This document shows positions 60,619 to 64,000 of a stretch of DNA of 64,000 nucleotides, piece by piece. This stretch comes from a virus (Duplodnaviria; Caudoviricetes), in the IMG/VR virus record IMGVR_UViG_3300042558_004043; one strand, 5' to 3'. The notes under the pieces are model-generated. The model was not told where the DNA came from. It searched no databases and saw only the letters and a list, made by a program, of their open reading frames with translations. The translations under genes were made by a program, and so were the position numbers. Position 1 is the first letter of the stretch. Every line of letters starts with the position of its first letter.

Positions 60619-61293
60619 ATGGGGATTGATTCTAAAATTTTACAAGAGTTAAATAGATATAATTCTATTAATCGTTACATAACTGAGCAAGAGGTTCCAC
60701 CTCCACCACCTGGTGAAGAGGTCGGAGCAGTTCCTCCACCACCTGGTGACCCGGGAGCAATACCACCTCCAGCAGAAGGGGCTGTCCCACCACCCCCTGC
60801 GGCCCCTGAAACCGCAACTCCTCAGGCAGTAGATGTTGCTACAGACCCTGATGTTGAAAAAATTGGGGAAGAAGGTGCCGAGAAAAAAGGAGAAGAATTA
60901 GAAATTACTGATTTAGTTAAGTCACAAAAAAATATTGAAACAAAACAAGAAGAATATTTTGATAATTTATTTAAACATTTAGAAGATTTAGAAAGTAAAT
61001 TATCTAATATGGACTCTATAGTTACCAAATTAAATGATTTAGAGGCTAAAGTTGAAAAATACAGGACAAAAACTCCTGAAGAAAAACTTGAATTACGTAG
61101 TTTAGACTCAGGTCCTTTTAACCAAAAATTGAGTGATTTTTTTGAGGACAAAGAAATTGATATGGAAAAAACGGGAAAGAATGACTATGTTTTAACTCAG
61201 GATGATGTTGAAGGTTATTCACCTATAGATATCAAAAAAAGTTTTAGAGATTTTGGAGATGAAGAAACAGGGGACTTCACTGAAGTAAGATAG
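60619..61293 (+). CDS. Pro/Glu-rich acidic protein with coiled coil (possible internal head protein)
   Basis: VPPPPPGEE tracts, heptad region, leader ending YITE. Confidence 0.55.
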   Translation: MGIDSKILQELNRYNSINRYITEQEVPPPPPGEEVGAVPPPPGDPGAIPPPAEGAVPPPPAAPETATPQAVDVATDPDVEKIGEEGAEKKGEELEITDLVKSQKNIETKQEEYFDNLFKHLEDLESKLSNMDSIVTKLNDLEAKVEKYRTKTPEEKLELRSLDSGPFNQKLSDFFEDKEIDMEKTGKNDYVLTQDDVEGYSPIDIKKSFRDFGDEETGDFTEVR

Positions 61294-61294
61294 T

Positions 61295-61321
61295 AAAGTG
61301 GGGTCGAAAGACCCCATTTTT
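61295..61321 (+). terminator. Intrinsic terminator
   Basis: AAAGTGGGGTC-GAAA-GACCCCATTTTT. Confidence 0.8.
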
Positions 61322-61324
61322 GAT

Positions 61325-61353
61325 TTGACAAACCAACGGCTGACACTTATACT
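61325..61353 (+). promoter_or_regulatory. Near-consensus sigma70 promoter for ssb
   Basis: TTGACA (61325-30), 17 nt spacer, TATACT (61348-53). Confidence 0.8.
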
Positions 61354-61379
61354 TAGTAAACAATTTAAATTTATATATT

Positions 61380-62231
61380 ATGGCGACAAACAATTCTTTA
61401 GATGCGATTCTTTCGCAGTACGAAAATTCAAAACAAGGAGGTTCATCTAACTCCTCAAAAATGTCTCAAGATGAAAGAATGAAAAAGTATTTCGCGGCTA
61501 TCCTAAAGGATAACGAGAAACAGGGTCAAAAAAGACTACGTGTCCTCCCAACAAAAGACGGAAGTTCACCATTCAAAGAAGTATGGTTCCACGAAGTTCA
61601 AGTTGATGGAAAATGGCAAAAGTTTTTTGACCCAGGTAAAAATGACAACGAGCGTTCTCCTTTGTCAGAAGTTTATGAAGAACTTATGTCAACAGGAAAA
61701 GAATCCGATAAGGAGCTTGCAAAACAATATAAGCCACGTAAATTCTATATTGTTAAGGTTATTGACCGTGACAACGAACAAGACGGAGTTAAGTTTTGGC
61801 GTTTCAAGCACAACTACAAGAACGAGGGTATTTTGGACAAAATCATTCCAATTTTCCGTCAAAAAGGAGATATTACTGACCCTGAAAATGGTAGAGATAT
61901 TATTCTTGAGTTGACCAAAGCTAAGACACCAAAAGGTGCAACATATACTGTCATTCAGACAATTATGCATGACGACCCATCTCCTCTACACGATGATAAG
62001 GAGACCAAAGATTCTTGGGTTTCTGATAAATTGGGTTGGGAAGATGTATATTCTAAAAAGCCAGCCGAATACCTCGAAGCTATTGCTCGTGGTGAGGTTC
62101 CACGTTGGGATTCAGATGCGGGTAAATATGCTTATGGAAACTCAATTGAAGAAACAGTTTCTATGGGTGGAAAGAAATCAGTTGTTGACCCCCAATCTGA
62201 AGACGAACCCTCTGACGACCTACCCTTCTAA
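61380..62231 (+). CDS. Single-stranded DNA-binding protein (T4 gp32-like)
   Basis: RLRVLP..DG.SPFKEVWFH, KFYIVKVIDR, acidic C-terminus DDLPF. Confidence 0.8.
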   Translation: MATNNSLDAILSQYENSKQGGSSNSSKMSQDERMKKYFAAILKDNEKQGQKRLRVLPTKDGSSPFKEVWFHEVQVDGKWQKFFDPGKNDNERSPLSEVYEELMSTGKESDKELAKQYKPRKFYIVKVIDRDNEQDGVKFWRFKHNYKNEGILDKIIPIFRQKGDITDPENGRDIILELTKAKTPKGATYTVIQTIMHDDPSPLHDDKETKDSWVSDKLGWEDVYSKKPAEYLEAIARGEVPRWDSDAGKYAYGNSIEETVSMGGKKSVVDPQSEDEPSDDLPF

Positions 62232-62250
62232 TATAAAAAAAATATTAATT

Positions 62251-62280
62251 AAACTACCCCTGAAAGATGGGGTAGTTTTT
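62251..62280 (+). terminator. Intrinsic terminator after ssb
   Basis: AAACTACCCC-TGAAAGAT-GGGGTAGTTTTT. Confidence 0.75.
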
Positions 62281-62294
62281 AATCCCTTTAAAAA

Positions 62295-62519
62295 ATGACA
62301 ACTCAAGAAAAAATTACACAAAAATTGTATGAGGCGTTGACAAATAAATACTCCGCCCAAATTTCAGAAGCAGAAGCAACACTAATGGTTTATTTCAATA
62401 ATCCTGTTGGTATTGGAGAACATCCACAACATTTGGAAGAAATGGATAAGTTTGTTGACCAACTTGCAAGTGCGAAAGATAAACTCGAAGCTTTACAGCA
62501 GTTTAAAAAGTATAGTTAA
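62295..62519 (+). CDS. Small conserved T4-like phage protein
   Basis: NPVGIGEHP motif. Confidence 0.65.
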   Translation: MTTQEKITQKLYEALTNKYSAQISEAEATLMVYFNNPVGIGEHPQHLEEMDKFVDQLASAKDKLEALQQFKKYS

Positions 62520-62520
62520 T

Positions 62521-63531
62521 ATGGCTATCAAGAAAAAAGAATTAGGTTTAGATTCAATTAAATCTAAATTCTCTACTTCGGCAAAATATAAACCTCAAAG
62601 GTATTTTGACTTGGGTACAGAATTTTTGGATGCGGTTGGAATACCAGGGCCGGCTATTGGGCATATCAATATGTTCTTGGGTCACTCTGATACAGGTAAG
62701 ACCACTGCTCTTGTAAAGGCGGCGGTTGATGCTCAGAAAAAAGGAATTCTTCCTGTATTCATTATCACAGAACAAAAGTGGTCATTCGAACACGCCCGTA
62801 TTATGGGGTTTCAGTGTGAAGAAGTTGTTGATGAATCGACAGGTGAGATTGACTGGGATGGTTTTTATCTCTTTAACAATAACTTCGACTATATCGAACA
62901 AATTACCGAGTATATCAACAACTTGTTGGATGCTCAAGAAAAAGGTGAATTGGATTATAGTTTGTCATTCCTTTGGGATTCCGTTGGTTCAGTTCCTTGT
63001 AAGATGACCTTTGAAGGTAAGGGTGGAAAACAACACAACGCTTCGGTTCTTGCCGATAAGATTGGTATGGGTATTAATCAACGAATCTCAGGTAGTCGTA
63101 AAGCAGATTCAAAGTTTGAAAACACACTTGTGATTGTTAATCAACCTTGGGTTGAATTACCTGATAATCCATTTGGTCAACCAAAAATTAAGGCAAAAGG
63201 TGGTGAGGCAATTTGGTTAAACTCATCTTTGGTATTTTTATTTGGTAATCAAAAAGGTGCCGGTACTACAAAAATTACCGCCACAAAAGATAAGAGAACT
63301 GTTAAATTTGCAGTTCGTACCAAAGTATCTGTACTTAAAAACCACATTAATGGTTTGGGATATGAGGATGGTAAGATTATAGTAACACCACATGGATTTA
63401 TGGCAGGTAAAGAACCGGCCGAAGAAAAGGCATCCATTGAAAGTTACAAAAAAGAACACGCTGAATATTGGAAAGATATTTTGGGTGTGGCTGATTTGGA
63501 TTTTGATTTGAAAGAAGAAGTAGAACCTTAA
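62521..63531 (+). CDS. uvsX: RecA/UvsX-like recombinase
   Basis: Walker A GHSDTGKTT, WDSVG, VIVNQ, KGGEAI, KNHING; start set at ATG 62521. Confidence 0.85.
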   Translation: MAIKKKELGLDSIKSKFSTSAKYKPQRYFDLGTEFLDAVGIPGPAIGHINMFLGHSDTGKTTALVKAAVDAQKKGILPVFIITEQKWSFEHARIMGFQCEEVVDESTGEIDWDGFYLFNNNFDYIEQITEYINNLLDAQEKGELDYSLSFLWDSVGSVPCKMTFEGKGGKQHNASVLADKIGMGINQRISGSRKADSKFENTLVIVNQPWVELPDNPFGQPKIKAKGGEAIWLNSSLVFLFGNQKGAGTTKITATKDKRTVKFAVRTKVSVLKNHINGLGYEDGKIIVTPHGFMAGKEPAEEKASIESYKKEHAEYWKDILGVADLDFDLKEEVEP

Positions 63532-63542
63532 CCAAATAAAAG

Positions 63543-64000
63543 GTGACCAAAACATTATTAATTGACGGAAACAATTTATTAAAAATTGGATTTCACGGTG
63601 TGAAAGATTTCTTTCACGAAGGTAAACACGTTGGGGGTATTTGGCATTTTCTAAATACCACCCGACGATTTATCGAAGAAGAAAACTTTGATAAGGTGTG
63701 TGTGTTTTGGGATGGTGAGGGAAGTTCTCTCGCAAGAAAAATAATCTACCCCCAATACAAGGAGAACAGAAAACCTGGTTATGACTTTAAAGAAGAATCG
63801 TTTTACGAACAAAAACATAGAGTAAAACAATATCTTGAAGAGATGTTTGTTCGTCAGGTTGATATTAACAACAATGAGGCGGATGACCTTATTGCTTATT
63901 ATTGTCAGATTGCAAACGACGAGAATATAACCATTTTCTCAAGTGATAAAGACCTAACACAACTTATATCACAAAACGTGTCTATATACTCACCTAGTAA
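63543..64000 (+). CDS. 5'-3' exonuclease (T4 RNase H / PolA 5' domain-like), 3'-partial; not in ORF track
   Basis: GTG start; LLIDGNN, VFWDG, YPQYKENR, EADDLIA, SSDKDLTQL; open to window end. Confidence 0.9.
   Translation, partial: MTKTLLIDGNNLLKIGFHGVKDFFHEGKHVGGIWHFLNTTRRFIEEENFDKVCVFWDGEGSSLARKIIYPQYKENRKPGYDFKEESFYEQKHRVKQYLEEMFVRQVDINNNEADDLIAYYCQIANDENITIFSSDKDLTQLISQNVSIYSPS

Noticed and set aside
62407-62520. Extended starts in the ORF track (62407, also 5847, 10177, 12920, 34044, 37775)
   Set aside because: They overlap neighbouring genes or use non-ATG codons; downstream ATGs fit motif starts and coupling better
61540-63555. Alternative-frame ORFs over ssb and uvsX (61540, 61689, 61936, 62554, 62726, 63238, 63249)
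   Set aside because: Nested in well-supported genes; no recognisable motifs
1-64000. Stop-codon reassignment (code 15 or 4)
   Set aside because: Long genes are intact in code 11; TGA (7625, 11974, 16974, 19872, 38282) and TAG (19098, 39474, 61293) stops are followed by new starts, a convergent gene or a terminator
1-64000. tRNA, rRNA or other ncRNA genes
   Set aside because: Intergenic spaces are short and AT-rich; no cloverleaf, T-loop or CCA pattern seen by eye (tRNAscan-SE/Infernal would confirm)

Overview
AT-rich 64 kb segment of a large T4-like (contractile-tailed) dsDNA phage; no cellular housekeeping genes, tRNAs, CRISPR arrays or mobile elements seen. Layout: (i) 1-12.9 kb fibre/decoration genes (LRR protein, Thr/Pro-rich mucin-like protein, C1q-like domain, three tandem Gly-rich adhesin paralogues); (ii) 12.9-24.4 kb a 10-gene cluster of soluble glycosyltransferases (GT60-, GT25-, GT6-, GT10-, GT11-, HtrL- and GT2-like) and SAM methyltransferases; (iii) 24.5-30.8 kb further mucin-like/fibre proteins and a papain-like protease; (iv) family B DNA polymerase, neck proteins, Mn-type SOD, SNF2 helicase; (v) tail sheath, tube, chaperone, tape measure and baseplate; (vi) gp32-like SSB, UvsX/RecA and a 5'-3' exonuclease. 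Best candidate for an undescribed system (inference): a phage-encoded cytoplasmic O-glycosylation pathway whose enzyme families could build a blood-group-A/Lewis-like methylated glycan on mucin-like virion proteins. Other leads: a UUU_CGC +1/-2 frameshift at the chaperone-tape measure junction, an OmpA-like domain inside the tube initiator, possible protease-cleaved leaders on SOD/HAD, and a two-class promoter architecture. All family assignments are from motif recognition by eye; no searches were run.
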